A DNA stretch of 64,000 nt from Candidatus Sumerlaeaceae bacterium (GCA_049968255.1 JBMFRB010000007.1:32001-96000), one strand, 5' to 3'. Numbered from the stretch's first letter, positions 49,809 through 60,413 are shown. Made by a program: numbers and translations. Notes: generated by a model not told the origin, from the letters alone.

Positions 49809-50581
49809 GGATGCGTTTCTATCCAATTTTCCGCCGAGAGATCAAAAGCTATCTTACAAGTCCGACGGTCTATATTGCAGCAGGGCTTTTCCTTTTCATG
49901 AGTGGTTTGCTGTTCTACGGCATTTTGGAGAATTTCTCTCTGCTTTCGGGAGATGCTCAATACCGCCGTGAAATGGGCTTTGAAAAGCTAAACTTCACTC
50001 GCCACGTCGTGTCGAATCTTTATTGGGTCGTCAATTTTCTTCTTTTGTTTGTGGTGCCGGCTTTCACCATGCGGCTCCTCGCAGAGGAGAAAAAGACAGG
50101 GACTTTTGAGCTGCTTGTGTCGCTCCCTTTTCGCGACTGGGACATCGTGCTTGGCAAATTTTTTGCGGCTTATGCGGTGCTGGCAGGAATTCTTGGCATT
50201 TGTAGCTACTTCGTGCTCATCATGACCCGCTTTGGAACGCCGGAATTGCCGGTCATCGGGATCGCTTACCTGGGAAGCTTCATTGTGGCGGCCGCCTACG
50301 TGGCCGTTGGGTTACTAGCATCCTCGTTGACCGAAAACCAGATCGTTGCGGCGATCCTAGCTTTTGTCATCTTGCTAGGGCTTTACCTGGTTGGGGATCT
50401 AAGTACGCCAGCGGGCGCTGGCGTTGGGCGAGTGTTAGAGGCCCTGTCGCTGCGATATCATAGCGAGCAATTCACCCATGGTCTCTTGCGTGTTCAGGAC
50501 GCTGGGTACTTTCTGTTGGTCGTGGCGGTGGCGCTGTTCCTAACATGCCGAGTTTTAGAGATTCGGAGGATGCGAGCCTGA
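49805..50581 (+). CDS. ABC transporter permease (GldF-like)
   Basis: TMRLLAEEKKTGTFELL, SSLTENQIVAA. Confidence 0.9.
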   Translation: MRMRFYPIFRREIKSYLTSPTVYIAAGLFLFMSGLLFYGILENFSLLSGDAQYRREMGFEKLNFTRHVVSNLYWVVNFLLLFVVPAFTMRLLAEEKKTGTFELLVSLPFRDWDIVLGKFFAAYAVLAGILGICSYFVLIMTRFGTPELPVIGIAYLGSFIVAAAYVAVGLLASSLTENQIVAAILAFVILLGLYLVGDLSTPAGAGVGRVLEALSLRYHSEQFTHGLLRVQDAGYFLLVVAVALFLTCRVLEIRRMRA

Positions 50582-52185
50582 TGCGAGTTAATCCTCTGCG
50601 AATTCTGTCGTACTTGGGATTTCTGCTGCTGCTGACGGGGCTCGTGGCCACAGGGCTCCATGGTCGTTTTACGCAAGTGACCGCGGGGATCAGTCTGGGT
50701 GGATTGCTTCTTTCCTTACTTTTCTTCGCCCCACGCTCCACACGTAACCTGCGGCTCTACGCGGCTTTTTTTGCGTACTCGTTTTTTGTCATTGGCACAC
50801 TGGTTTTGCTTTTCCTGATTCTGGAGCATCATGGGTGGCAGTATGACGCAACGCGTAACAAACGTTATAGCCTGACGCCCATTACGCGGAGTTTCCTCCG
50901 TCGCCTCCCCCAACCGGTGCACATCACAGCATTTGTCGCAGAGACGGAGCGGGACCAGGCGCGCTTGCTTCTTGAGCAATATGCAACGGCAAGCCCCAAG
51001 GTTTCGTACACGATCGCAAATCCATTTCGGGAAGTGGGTCTGGCGCGGCGCTACGGCTTGCAGGTCATGCCGGGCGACATCTTTATAGAAACGGTTACGA
51101 CTTCCACGCAGACGTCGAGCCGAATCGCACGCGTCAACCGGCTGCGCGAGGAGGATATCACGAATGGCATCGTGCAGGCGCTTCGCGATCGTGATTTGGT
51201 CCTCTATTTCCTGATTGGTCATGACGAGCTACCACTGGAGCGCAGTACTGCTGTGGCGGCTCTTGCAGGGCAACGCGTGTCGGTACGCGATTTGGCTTGG
51301 GTGCGGGATCAGTTGGAGCGCATGGGGATGCGAGTTGTTCCGCTGTTGCTAGCGCAACGGGGCAAAGTGCCCGCTGATGCAAGCGCCATTGTGTGGGTTG
51401 GTCCGCGCGCTGACCTCTCGGGCCTGGAGGCGCAGGTGCTCCGCCAATACCTCGAAAACGGCGGGCGTGCGCTATTGCTGCTGCCACCGGATATTCCTCA
51501 AGCGACCGGTGAGATTTCCATGGTGTTTCGCAACACGGCCGAGCTCTTGATGCGGTTTGGAATTGTGCTGCCGAATGAACTGGTCACGCGTGTGGCGTCG
51601 AATCAGAGCAATGCGGATCATTTCAGCATCCCAGTAGCTTTGCTTTCGCATCCCATCACACAAATTTCGGTGGATGATCCGTTGTTCTTTGTGTACGCGC
51701 GGCCAGTGCAACCGGCAACTGTCTTGCCGGCGGATACGCGGGTGGACGTGCTGGCCCAGAGTTCGCCGGACTGCGTGAGACTAAGTAGCGGCGAAATCGC
51801 GACAGCGTTGGTGCGCCGGCAGGATCTCTCGAAAGTTTTGTCACCCCAGGAAATTGGCACTATACCTCTGGGTGTGGCTGCTGCGCGCCTCGACCCTCGC
51901 CAAGCCGAAGAGAAGGCAACGCGCCTCGTGGTTTTCGGCAATGCGGATTTCGTGTCGAGCGAGCGAATCAACCAGAAAGCGTGGCTTCTTTTCAGTAATG
52001 CGATCAATTGGCTGGTGCAAAAGGGCGAGTTGTTGCCGATTCCTTCGACTGATATTGAAAACACGCCCGTGGTGCTAACAGATGGCGAGAAGCAGTTCCT
52101 TTTCCTGGTGATGGTGATCCTCGTTCCAACAATCGTGGGGCTACTTGGGCTAGGCTACAGTTTGGCAAGACGGGAGCAGCAATGA
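50581..52185 (+). CDS. GldG-family ABC transporter auxiliary protein
   Basis: DATRNKRYSL, EEDITNGI, LYFLIGHDE, YLENGG, VVFGNADF, NAINWL, C-terminal TM. Confidence 0.85.
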   Translation: MRVNPLRILSYLGFLLLLTGLVATGLHGRFTQVTAGISLGGLLLSLLFFAPRSTRNLRLYAAFFAYSFFVIGTLVLLFLILEHHGWQYDATRNKRYSLTPITRSFLRRLPQPVHITAFVAETERDQARLLLEQYATASPKVSYTIANPFREVGLARRYGLQVMPGDIFIETVTTSTQTSSRIARVNRLREEDITNGIVQALRDRDLVLYFLIGHDELPLERSTAVAALAGQRVSVRDLAWVRDQLERMGMRVVPLLLAQRGKVPADASAIVWVGPRADLSGLEAQVLRQYLENGGRALLLLPPDIPQATGEISMVFRNTAELLMRFGIVLPNELVTRVASNQSNADHFSIPVALLSHPITQISVDDPLFFVYARPVQPATVLPADTRVDVLAQSSPDCVRLSSGEIATALVRRQDLSKVLSPQEIGTIPLGVAAARLDPRQAEEKATRLVVFGNADFVSSERINQKAWLLFSNAINWLVQKGELLPIPSTDIENTPVVLTDGEKQFLFLVMVILVPTIVGLLGLGYSLARREQQ

Positions 52186-53954
52186 GCTGGAAAAGGCTGA
52201 TCTTTGCAGCGGTTGCATTTGTTCTGGCCGTAGGCTTATACCTGGTGGACCGCATGCAGGCCGAGAAAGCGGTCTACGCGGCGGTAAACGAATCGTCGCT
52301 GGCCCCGGGCATCAATGCGAGTGAGGTGCAGGAGATCGAGCTGCGCAATCGCTTTGGCACAATTCGGCTGGTGCGTGAGGGCAAGCAGTGGCGCATGCGT
52401 CAGCCCATTGATGCGCCAGCCGATCCGGAGGCCATTGAGCAATTGCTCGTCAACGTGACCGGTGCGCGCAAACGCAACGAACTTGAGGTGACTTCTTTGG
52501 AGGAGTACGGTTTTGACAATCCAACGGTTCAGCTTGTCCTAAAAACGACAAAAGGCCAGACGTTCGAATTGGCAGTAGGTCTCGCTTCCACCTACACGGG
52601 TCAGGTCTTTGCGAACTATCCCGGCTCGAAGCGTGTCTTTACAATCAGTGAGGCGATAAAAAACACGCTGATGCGCCAGCCCACCGATTTCCAAAGGACG
52701 CGGCTTCTTGATATAGACGCTGGCGCACTTGATAGTTACACAGCTATCAAGATAACGAGACCGGACAAGCCGCTAGAGCTCAGGAATGAGCGGGGACAGT
52801 GGCAAATCGCTATGCCGGAGACAGCTCCCGCAGAAAACACTGTGGTGGAGGAATTTCTTCGACGCATTGGCATGCTGCGCGCTGCGGGATTTGTGACACA
52901 GGCGTCGGATCAACCCACGAGTGTGGCTGCTGCGCTTGATGCGCTTACCCGGCCGGTCATGACGTTTGAGCTTCAACGCGCTGCTGGACCATCACAGAAA
53001 CTTATCGTGGGAAAATTGGGCCAGGCTCAGCAGCCGCTCTACGTTGCCAAACGCAATGACGATCCGGAGATTCTCTACTTTGGCCACGAGAAATATGAAG
53101 AGCTCGACGTGGACGAGAATTATTTCCGCTCGCGCCAACTTTTCACATTGCGGCCGACCGACGTCGGGTATGTGGTTTTCGAGATTGGCCGTGCGCGAAC
53201 AGATCTGCGGCGCAACGAGCGCAATGAATGGGAATTTGTGGGCGATCCGACCCGCCGTGTGGATCAAGACAAGGTGAATTTGCGGTTGGAAGCTTTGCTG
53301 AAGATGCGCGTGCGGGAGTATGTGGACAGCGACCCGCGTGATCCATCGGTCTACGGACTCGTGCCGCCGCGATTCCGATTTACCGTCACTGCGCGTGACA
53401 AGTCAAAAAGTGAAATCCTGGAAATAGGCAAGAGCGAGCCGCAGAACGTGACAAGCGTCTACGCGCGCCGCGGGGGACAGCCCATGGTGTTTACTGTCGA
53501 AATGGGACGGGAGCTCATTGTGCTACCGGAGAGTCTGGCTGATCCGCATTTCGCTGCTTTCGACGAAGCGCGTGCCACACGCATCGAGATCGAGCTTGAC
53601 GGACAGAAGTATGATCTACGGCGGGAAGGCATGGAGTGGAAGTTATTGCGCCCCGGGCAGACGCTCTACGCGCCTGCAGATATGAGCAAACTCAAGCGTG
53701 TGTTTGAGACAGTGAACAAGCTTGGCTTCGAGAAAGACTTTACGGCGAGCGGTGAGACGGTTATTGCCCCAGTGGAGCAACCAGCTTTGCGCATGACCGT
53801 TTTCGGCGATGGCGAAACCCCCTTGAGTGTTGTCGAAGTAGGAAAGCGTCTTCCGAAGACGTCGTTTGTAAAGGATGCACGCGGGCGCACTTACGAAGTC
53901 TTGAACTCCGAGCTCGATCTGCTGATGGCGCAGTTGCGCTCTCTTTTGGAATAA
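52182..53954 (+). CDS. DUF4340 domain protein (tandem repeats)
   Basis: Repeated 'W.M..P...AD', 'YGFDNP'/'YGLVPP' and 'L.VG' units; usual position after GldG. Confidence 0.8.
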   Translation: MSWKRLIFAAVAFVLAVGLYLVDRMQAEKAVYAAVNESSLAPGINASEVQEIELRNRFGTIRLVREGKQWRMRQPIDAPADPEAIEQLLVNVTGARKRNELEVTSLEEYGFDNPTVQLVLKTTKGQTFELAVGLASTYTGQVFANYPGSKRVFTISEAIKNTLMRQPTDFQRTRLLDIDAGALDSYTAIKITRPDKPLELRNERGQWQIAMPETAPAENTVVEEFLRRIGMLRAAGFVTQASDQPTSVAAALDALTRPVMTFELQRAAGPSQKLIVGKLGQAQQPLYVAKRNDDPEILYFGHEKYEELDVDENYFRSRQLFTLRPTDVGYVVFEIGRARTDLRRNERNEWEFVGDPTRRVDQDKVNLRLEALLKMRVREYVDSDPRDPSVYGLVPPRFRFTVTARDKSKSEILEIGKSEPQNVTSVYARRGGQPMVFTVEMGRELIVLPESLADPHFAAFDEARATRIEIELDGQKYDLRREGMEWKLLRPGQTLYAPADMSKLKRVFETVNKLGFEKDFTASGETVIAPVEQPALRMTVFGDGETPLSVVEVGKRLPKTSFVKDARGRTYEVLNSELDLLMAQLRSLLE

Positions 53955-53983
53955 AGGCCGCAGCATGGTGCGCGAGGGTTGTT

Positions 53984-54053
53984 TTTTCTCGCCCCGTCGG
54001 GGAGAAAGAGTCGAGGGGGCGATGCCGCCGACGCACAGCGTCGCCCCCTTCGA
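53984..54053. terminator. Double hairpin between convergent genes, probable terminator
   Basis: TTTCTC-G-CCCC-GTC-GGGG-AGAAA and GGGGGCGATGC...GCGTCGCCCCC inverted repeats. Confidence 0.55.
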
Positions 54054-54083
54054 TGCCAAAAGTTGTCTTGCCATCCTGGGAAG

Positions 54084-55370
54084 TTAGCGCTGATCCATGG
54101 ACACGTAATCTCGCTTGCTGGGCCCGATATAAATCTGACGCGGGCGTGCAATACGCGCGGTGGGATCGTCATGCTGCTCTTTCCACTGAGCGATCCAGCC
54201 TGGAAGGCGCCCAATTGCGAACATCACAGTGAACATGTTGATGGGAATGCGCAAAGCCCGCATAATGATGCCGCTGTAGAAGTCCACGTTGGGGTAGAGT
54301 TTGCGCTCGACGAAGTAGGGATCATTCAATGCCAACTCTTCGAGTTTTCGCGCGATATCGAGCAGAGGATCCTTGACCCCGAGCTTCGCGAGAACTTTAT
54401 CGCACTGATCTTTGAGGATGCGGGCACGTGGGTCAAAATTTTTGTAGACACGATGGCCAAAGCCCATGAGGCGGAAGCCACTGTCCTTGTCCTTAGCCAT
54501 TTTCAAGCACTGCTCGGGAGTAAGGCCGCCCTTATGCATGGCTTCGAGCATTTCGATCACAGCCACGTTGGCACCGCCGTGGAGTGGTCCCCAAAGCGCG
54601 CATACGCCGGCCGCGCAAGATGCGAAGAGATTTGCGCGGCTTGAACCGACCATGCGGACTGTGGATGTGCTGCAGTTTTGCTCGTGGTCGGCATGAAGAA
54701 TGAGAACGAGATTCAACGCGTCCTCGACCTCTTCAGGAACCTCGTACTCGGCATAGGGCATGGAGAACATCATGTGAAGAAAGTTCGCGCAGTAGCGACG
54801 CTTGGGATCGGGATACATGAAGGGAAGTCCACGGGAACGCCGGTAGGAATAAGCTGCAATGGTGCGAACCTTACTGATGAGTTTTGCCGCAGCCTGCTCG
54901 AATGCTTCGTCGTCCTCAAATTTGGAGAACTGAGGCTCGAAGCACGAGAGCGTATTGATCATAGCCGACAGGATTGCCATCGGTGGGGCATCGACAGGAA
55001 AGCCTTCGAAATGGTGCTTCATAGCCTCATGCAGCGGGGCATACTCTGTAAGCAAAGCACTGAAACGCTCGAGCTCGTCTTGCCTAGGAAATCGGCCGAA
55101 AATCAGCAGCCATGCGACTTCGATGAAGTTGGGGTAATCCACGAATTGTTCAATGGGCACGCCTCGATAGCGGAGAATTCCTTTTTCTCCGTCGATGAAC
55201 GTGATGGCACTCTTGCAGCTGCCAGTGTTGCCATAGCCTGGGTCATAGGTGATGTAGCCGGTCTTGCTGCGAAGGTTCGTGATGTCTATGGCTTTCTCAC
55301 CCTCGGTCCCCAAGATGACGGGGAGTTCAATAGTCTGATCGCCGAGGATTAGTTTCGCCGTTTCTGTCAT
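54084..55370 (-). CDS. gltA: Citrate synthase (type II)
   Basis: HADHEQNCSTSTVR, GPLHGGAN, GFGHRVYK, YPNVDFYSG. Confidence 0.97.
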   Translation of the reverse strand: MTETAKLILGDQTIELPVILGTEGEKAIDITNLRSKTGYITYDPGYGNTGSCKSAITFIDGEKGILRYRGVPIEQFVDYPNFIEVAWLLIFGRFPRQDELERFSALLTEYAPLHEAMKHHFEGFPVDAPPMAILSAMINTLSCFEPQFSKFEDDEAFEQAAAKLISKVRTIAAYSYRRSRGLPFMYPDPKRRYCANFLHMMFSMPYAEYEVPEEVEDALNLVLILHADHEQNCSTSTVRMVGSSRANLFASCAAGVCALWGPLHGGANVAVIEMLEAMHKGGLTPEQCLKMAKDKDSGFRLMGFGHRVYKNFDPRARILKDQCDKVLAKLGVKDPLLDIARKLEELALNDPYFVERKLYPNVDFYSGIIMRALRIPINMFTVMFAIGRLPGWIAQWKEQHDDPTARIARPRQIYIGPSKRDYVSMDQR

Positions 55371-55684
55371 TGCTGAACGACTCCTTGTTCGTTTCGTTAG
55401 GACTCCTTTATTTTAGAGCAGTACCAATTCCGTACACAAAAAAATGTAAGGGTCAATGCCAAAATAGGTTCCAAGATATGTCAAGGATGGTAAGCCCCAA
55501 AATAGTACTGGAACAGCCATATTTTTTTTTGCTTGCGGCCCCTACGTAAGCCCATCGCAATCCCTGCTGGGAAACTGAAATCCCAAGAGCAGGTAATAGC
55601 CGGCTTGGCTTTGGCTTCGAAAAGTCTGGCCTGCGCTTTTTCGTGGTACGTATAGGAACTCAACATAATGAAAGGAGCAACCGC

Positions 55685-58600
55685 ATGGCTGATCAGATGA
55701 TGATCACTGTGGACGGCAACGAGGCAGCAGCAAGTGTCGCTTACCGTCTGAACGAAGTGATCGCGATCTATCCCATTACTCCCTCTTCGCCGATGGGCGA
55801 GCTGTCGGACGAGTGGGCTGTGAAGGGTAAGAAAAACCTGTGGGGAACGGTGCCGCAGGTCACGGAGATGCAATCGGAGGGCGGAGCTGCTGGCGCGGTT
55901 CACGGCGCTCTCCAAGCGGGAGCACTGACCACGACGTTCACAGCATCGCAGGGTCTGCTTCTGATGATCCCTAATATGTACAAGATCGCTGGTGAACTAA
56001 CCTCGATGTGTATGCACGTGACGGCGCGGACGGTGGCGACCCATGCCCTGTCGATTTTCGGCGATCATTCGGATGTGATGGCGTGTCGGCAGACAGGATT
56101 TGCGCTGCTCGCTTCAGGAAGCGTGCAAGAGGCTCACGATTTTGCATGCATTGGCCAGGTTGCCGCTCTGCGGTCGAGAGTTCCCTTTCTTCATTTCTTT
56201 GACGGATTTCGCACCTCGCACGAAGTTGCAAAAATTTGCTATTTGAGTGATGACGAGCTGCGCCAAATGGTGCCCGAGGAACTGGTGGCGGCCCACCGCG
56301 CTCGGGCGCTCAATCCAGAGAAACCGGTCCTTCGCGGCACGGCGCAAAATCCCGACGCATTTTTCCAAGCGCGCGAAGCATGCAATCCTTACTACGTGGC
56401 ATGCCCTGAGCACGTGAAGGATGTCATGGAACAGTTCGCCAAGATAACCGGACGTGCTTATAGGCTTTTCGACTATGTGGGCGACGCCGAGGCTGAGCGA
56501 GTAGTGGTGCTCATGGGTTCTGGTGCCGAGACTGCTCACGAGACGGTCGAGTGGCTGATGAACAAGGGCGAGAAAGTTGGCGTTGTGAAGGTGCGCCTCT
56601 ACCGTCCTTTTGATGTGAAATCGTTTATCCAAGCGCTGCCCAAGACCACACAGGCCATCGCGGTGCTCGACCGCACGAAGGAGCCGGGAGCCGTCGGTGA
56701 GCCGCTTTACCTGGACGTGGTGGCGGCGCTTGACGAGGCACAAGCGCTGGGCATTTCGCAGTTTGCGCACCAGCCAAAAGTCATCGGCGGGCGTTACGGG
56801 CTATCGTCGAAAGAGTTTACACCGGCGATGGTCAAGGCGGTGTTCGACGAATTAGCCAAGCAGCAACCCAAGCGGCACTTTACGGTGGGGATCATGGACG
56901 ATGTGACCCACCTCTCCCTTGCCTATGATCAAGAGCTCGACATTGAGCCTGAGGATGTCCAGCGGTCGGTTTTCTTTGGTTTAGGGTCGGACGGGACGGT
57001 TGGTGCGAACAAGAACACGATCAAAATCATCGGCGAAGAAACGAACAACTGGGCGCAAGGCTATTTTGTGTACGACTCAAAGAAGGCAGGGGCCGTCACG
57101 ATTTCCCATTTGCGGTTTGGTCCGCGAGTGATCCGCTCGGCCTATTTGGTGAAACAGGCGCAGTTTGTGGGGTGCCATCAGTACAATTTCCTCGAGAAAT
57201 ACGATGTGCTCGAGTATGCCGCGCCAGGTGCGGTGTTCCTGCTGAATTCGCCGCTAGGGCCCGACAAGGTCTGGGACGACCTGCCGCGAGAAGTCCAAGA
57301 GCAGATTATCGACAGGAAGATTCGCTTTTACGTGATCGATGCGTACGATGTGGCTGCGAAGACAGGCATGGGGCGACGCATCAACACGATCATGCAAACG
57401 TGTTTTTTCGCGATTTCGGGTGTGCTTCCCCGTGAGGAAGCCATTGCCCAGATCAAGAAGGCGATTGAGAAGACTTACGGCAAGAAGGGCCCCGAGGTTG
57501 TGAAGAAGAATTTCGAGGCCGTGGATCAGACGCTGGCCAACCTCTTCGAGGTGAAGGTGCCGGCTCAGGCCACGTCGCAGAAGCGTCGGCCGCCGATCGT
57601 GCCGGACGAGGCACCCGATTTCGTGAAGCGAGTGACGGCGGTAATGCTCGCAGGCAAGGGCGACCTGCTGCCGGTGAGTGCATTCCCCGTGGATGGAACA
57701 TGGCCTACAGGAACGGCAAAGTGGGAGAAGCGGGCCATTGCGCTGCAAATCCCCGTGTGGGATCCAAAAATCTGCATCCAGTGCAACAAATGTGCGCTTG
57801 TGTGTCCTCATGCAGCAATTCGCCCGAAAATCTATGAACCGTCGTACCTTGAGAAAGCACCGGCGACATTCAAAAGCACGGACTTCCGTTCTCCGGATAT
57901 GAAGGGCTTAAAGTACACAATTCAGGTCGCTCCGGAGGACTGCACTGGTTGCGAAGTGTGTGTGGCCGTTTGTCCGGCAAAGGACAAGTCGAATCCGAAA
58001 CACAAAGCGCTGGACATGGCACCTATGCCGCCGCTGCGAGAGGCGGAGCGGGAAAATTTCCGGTTCTTCCTCGATCTGCCGGAATTTGACCGTACGAAGC
58101 TCGAAATCACAGTGAAGGGCACGCAATTTTTCGAGCCGCTCTTTGAGTTTTCGGGTGCTTGTGCTGGCTGCGGAGAGACGCCGTACGTTAAGCTTCTGAC
58201 TCAGATGTTCGGTGATCGAGCATTGATCGCAAATGCCACGGGGTGTTCGTCGATTTACGGTGGCAACTTGCCGACGACGCCTTATACGACGAACAAAGAC
58301 GGGCGCGGTCCGGCATGGAATAACTCGCTGTTCGAGGACAATGCTGAGTTTGGCTTCGGTTTCCGCCTCGCGATTGACAAGCAGAAAGAGTTCGCTGAGG
58401 AGCTCCTGAGGAAGCTTGCTAGCCAGATCGGCGAACAGCTCGTTGAGGAAATTCTGAAAGCAGACCAATCGACGGAGGCTGGAATTCAGGCACAACGCGA
58501 GCGGGTAAAAGTCCTGCGCGCAAAGCTTGGTCAGCTCGATACGCTGGATGCACAGCGCCTCGCGTTGCTGGCCGATTACCTCGTCAAAAAGAGCGTCTGG

Positions 58601-59260
58601 ATCGTGGGCGGCGACGGCTGGGCCTACGACATTGACTTCGGGGGACTGGATCACGTCTTTGCCTTGAACCGTGACGTGAACATTCTTGTGCTCGACACCG
58701 AAGTTTACTCAAATACCGGCGGACAGCAATCGAAAGCCACTCCCCTGGGTGCAGCAGCGAAGTTTGCCATGGGGGGACGCCCATTGCCCAAGAAAGATTT
58801 AGCACTTATGGCCATGAACTATGGTCATGTTTATGTGGCACGCGTGGCGTTCGGGGCACGTGATAACCAGACCGTTCTCGCTTTCAAGGAAGCCGAATCG
58901 TATCCGGGAACGTCGCTGATTATAGCGTATTCGCACTGCATCGCGCACGGCTATGATCTCGTGCACGGGCCGGATCAGCAGAAACTTGCCGTGGAAAGCG
59001 GCTACTGGCCTCTCTTCCGGTTTGATCCTCGTCGCGCGGCAGCTGGAGAATCTCCTCTGAAACTCGATTCGCCAGCACCGAAATTTGACGTGGGTGAATT
59101 CATGCGCAACGAGACTCGTTTCCGGATGGTGGAGCAAATGAATCCGGAGCGCTTCAAGCAGTTGGTTGAGGCAGCTCGTCACGAGGTGAGCACGCGGTAT
59201 CACCTCTATGAGGAGCTGACGAAGGCCTTCGCGATTGACGGAACCAAGAAAGAGAATTGA
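55685..59260 (+). CDS. nifJ: Pyruvate:ferredoxin (flavodoxin) oxidoreductase, homodimeric type
   Basis: YPITPSS, MQSEGGAAG, two CxxCxxCxxxCP ferredoxin motifs, ACAGCGETPY, GGDGWAYDI; AAGGAG RBS before ATG 55685. Confidence 0.97.
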   Translation: MADQMMITVDGNEAAASVAYRLNEVIAIYPITPSSPMGELSDEWAVKGKKNLWGTVPQVTEMQSEGGAAGAVHGALQAGALTTTFTASQGLLLMIPNMYKIAGELTSMCMHVTARTVATHALSIFGDHSDVMACRQTGFALLASGSVQEAHDFACIGQVAALRSRVPFLHFFDGFRTSHEVAKICYLSDDELRQMVPEELVAAHRARALNPEKPVLRGTAQNPDAFFQAREACNPYYVACPEHVKDVMEQFAKITGRAYRLFDYVGDAEAERVVVLMGSGAETAHETVEWLMNKGEKVGVVKVRLYRPFDVKSFIQALPKTTQAIAVLDRTKEPGAVGEPLYLDVVAALDEAQALGISQFAHQPKVIGGRYGLSSKEFTPAMVKAVFDELAKQQPKRHFTVGIMDDVTHLSLAYDQELDIEPEDVQRSVFFGLGSDGTVGANKNTIKIIGEETNNWAQGYFVYDSKKAGAVTISHLRFGPRVIRSAYLVKQAQFVGCHQYNFLEKYDVLEYAAPGAVFLLNSPLGPDKVWDDLPREVQEQIIDRKIRFYVIDAYDVAAKTGMGRRINTIMQTCFFAISGVLPREEAIAQIKKAIEKTYGKKGPEVVKKNFEAVDQTLANLFEVKVPAQATSQKRRPPIVPDEAPDFVKRVTAVMLAGKGDLLPVSAFPVDGTWPTGTAKWEKRAIALQIPVWDPKICIQCNKCALVCPHAAIRPKIYEPSYLEKAPATFKSTDFRSPDMKGLKYTIQVAPEDCTGCEVCVAVCPAKDKSNPKHKALDMAPMPPLREAERENFRFFLDLPEFDRTKLEITVKGTQFFEPLFEFSGACAGCGETPYVKLLTQMFGDRALIANATGCSSIYGGNLPTTPYTTNKDGRGPAWNNSLFEDNAEFGFGFRLAIDKQKEFAEELLRKLASQIGEQLVEEILKADQSTEAGIQAQRERVKVLRAKLGQLDTLDAQRLALLADYLVKKSVWIVGGDGWAYDIDFGGLDHVFALNRDVNILVLDTEVYSNTGGQQSKATPLGAAAKFAMGGRPLPKKDLALMAMNYGHVYVARVAFGARDNQTVLAFKEAESYPGTSLIIAYSHCIAHGYDLVHGPDQQKLAVESGYWPLFRFDPRRAAAGESPLKLDSPAPKFDVGEFMRNETRFRMVEQMNPERFKQLVEAARHEVSTRYHLYEELTKAFAIDGTKKEN

Positions 59261-59271
59261 GGGATCGGACT

Positions 59272-60264
59272 ATGGACTTATCAACGACCTACCTCGGACT
59301 GAAATTGGCGCATCCGTTCATGCCGGGCGCTTCGCCTCTCGTGGATAACTTGGGCTTGGTCAAGCGGTTAGAAGACGCTGGTGCTTCGGCCATTGTGATG
59401 CACTCGGTCTTCGAAGAGCAGATTCTGCGCGAGGGCATGAGTACCCTCGAGGCGATTGAAGGCACTGCTGAATCCTACGCGGAAGCGCTCAGCTATTTCC
59501 CAAAAGCCGAAGAGTTCCGGCTCGGACCGGACCAATACCTCGAACAGATCCGCAAGATCAAAGAGTGTGTGAGCGTGCCGGTCATTGCTTCGCTCAATGG
59601 TTCGACCCCTAGTGGCTGGATTGAATACTCGAAGCTGATTGAGCAAGCAGGAGCGGACGCACTCGAATTGAACGTCTACATCCTCGCCACGAATCCATGG
59701 GAAACGGGCGAAACGATCGAAACGCGCGTGCTGGATATTGCTCGCGCCGTCAAACGCTCGGTGAAAATTCCCGTGGCCGTGAAACTTTCTATGTTTTATT
59801 CCTCGCTGGCGAATTTTGCCAAGCGATTGGACGAGATCGGGGCCGAGGGCCTGGTGCTTTTCAACCGCTTCTATCAGCCCGACATTGACGTCGAGAATCT
59901 TGAAGTCGTTCCCACGCTGCACTTAAGCAACTCGTCAGAATTGCTGCTGCGGCTTCGCTGGCTGGCCATCCTCTACGGGAATGTGAAGGCGTCGCTTGCA
60001 GTGTCGGGTGGCGTACACACGGTGACAGATGCCATAAAGGCATTGATGACGGGCGCACAGGCCGTGCAAATGGTCTCGGCACTCTTATGCAATGGGCCAG
60101 AGTACCTCGCGAAAATTCGCGAGGGCTTTGTGGCGTGGATGCAAGAGCACGAGTACGAATCCGTCGCCCAGATGATAGGAAGCATGAGCTTGCAAAAGTG
60201 CGCTGACCCGGCGGCATTTGAGCGGGCTAATTACATGCGAGTCCTGCAGAGTTACAAACTGTAG
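59272..60264 (+). CDS. Dihydroorotate dehydrogenase-like flavoprotein (PFOR-associated)
   Basis: MDLSTTYLGL, SVFEEQI, ADALELN, FNRFYQPD, FERANY; lacks the catalytic SCPN loop. Confidence 0.9.
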   Translation: MDLSTTYLGLKLAHPFMPGASPLVDNLGLVKRLEDAGASAIVMHSVFEEQILREGMSTLEAIEGTAESYAEALSYFPKAEEFRLGPDQYLEQIRKIKECVSVPVIASLNGSTPSGWIEYSKLIEQAGADALELNVYILATNPWETGETIETRVLDIARAVKRSVKIPVAVKLSMFYSSLANFAKRLDEIGAEGLVLFNRFYQPDIDVENLEVVPTLHLSNSSELLLRLRWLAILYGNVKASLAVSGGVHTVTDAIKALMTGAQAVQMVSALLCNGPEYLAKIREGFVAWMQEHEYESVAQMIGSMSLQKCADPAAFERANYMRVLQSYKL

Positions 60265-60288
60265 GCATTGCCTTAAACTGTTGAACCT

Positions 60289-60327
60289 TGGTGCGCCGGT
60301 TCTTGGCCGGCGCACCATCGTTTTTTT
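60289..60327 (+). terminator. Intrinsic terminator after PFOR-DHODH-like pair
   Basis: TGGTGCGCCGG/CCGGCGCACCA stem followed by TCG and T7. Confidence 0.8.
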
Positions 60328-60413
60328 GAAGGAGGAACTTGTGCACGCCGAACGTTTCGGATTGCTCAGCGTATAAAAAACCAACGCAGGGAAAACCACC
60401 AGGAGGTCACATC

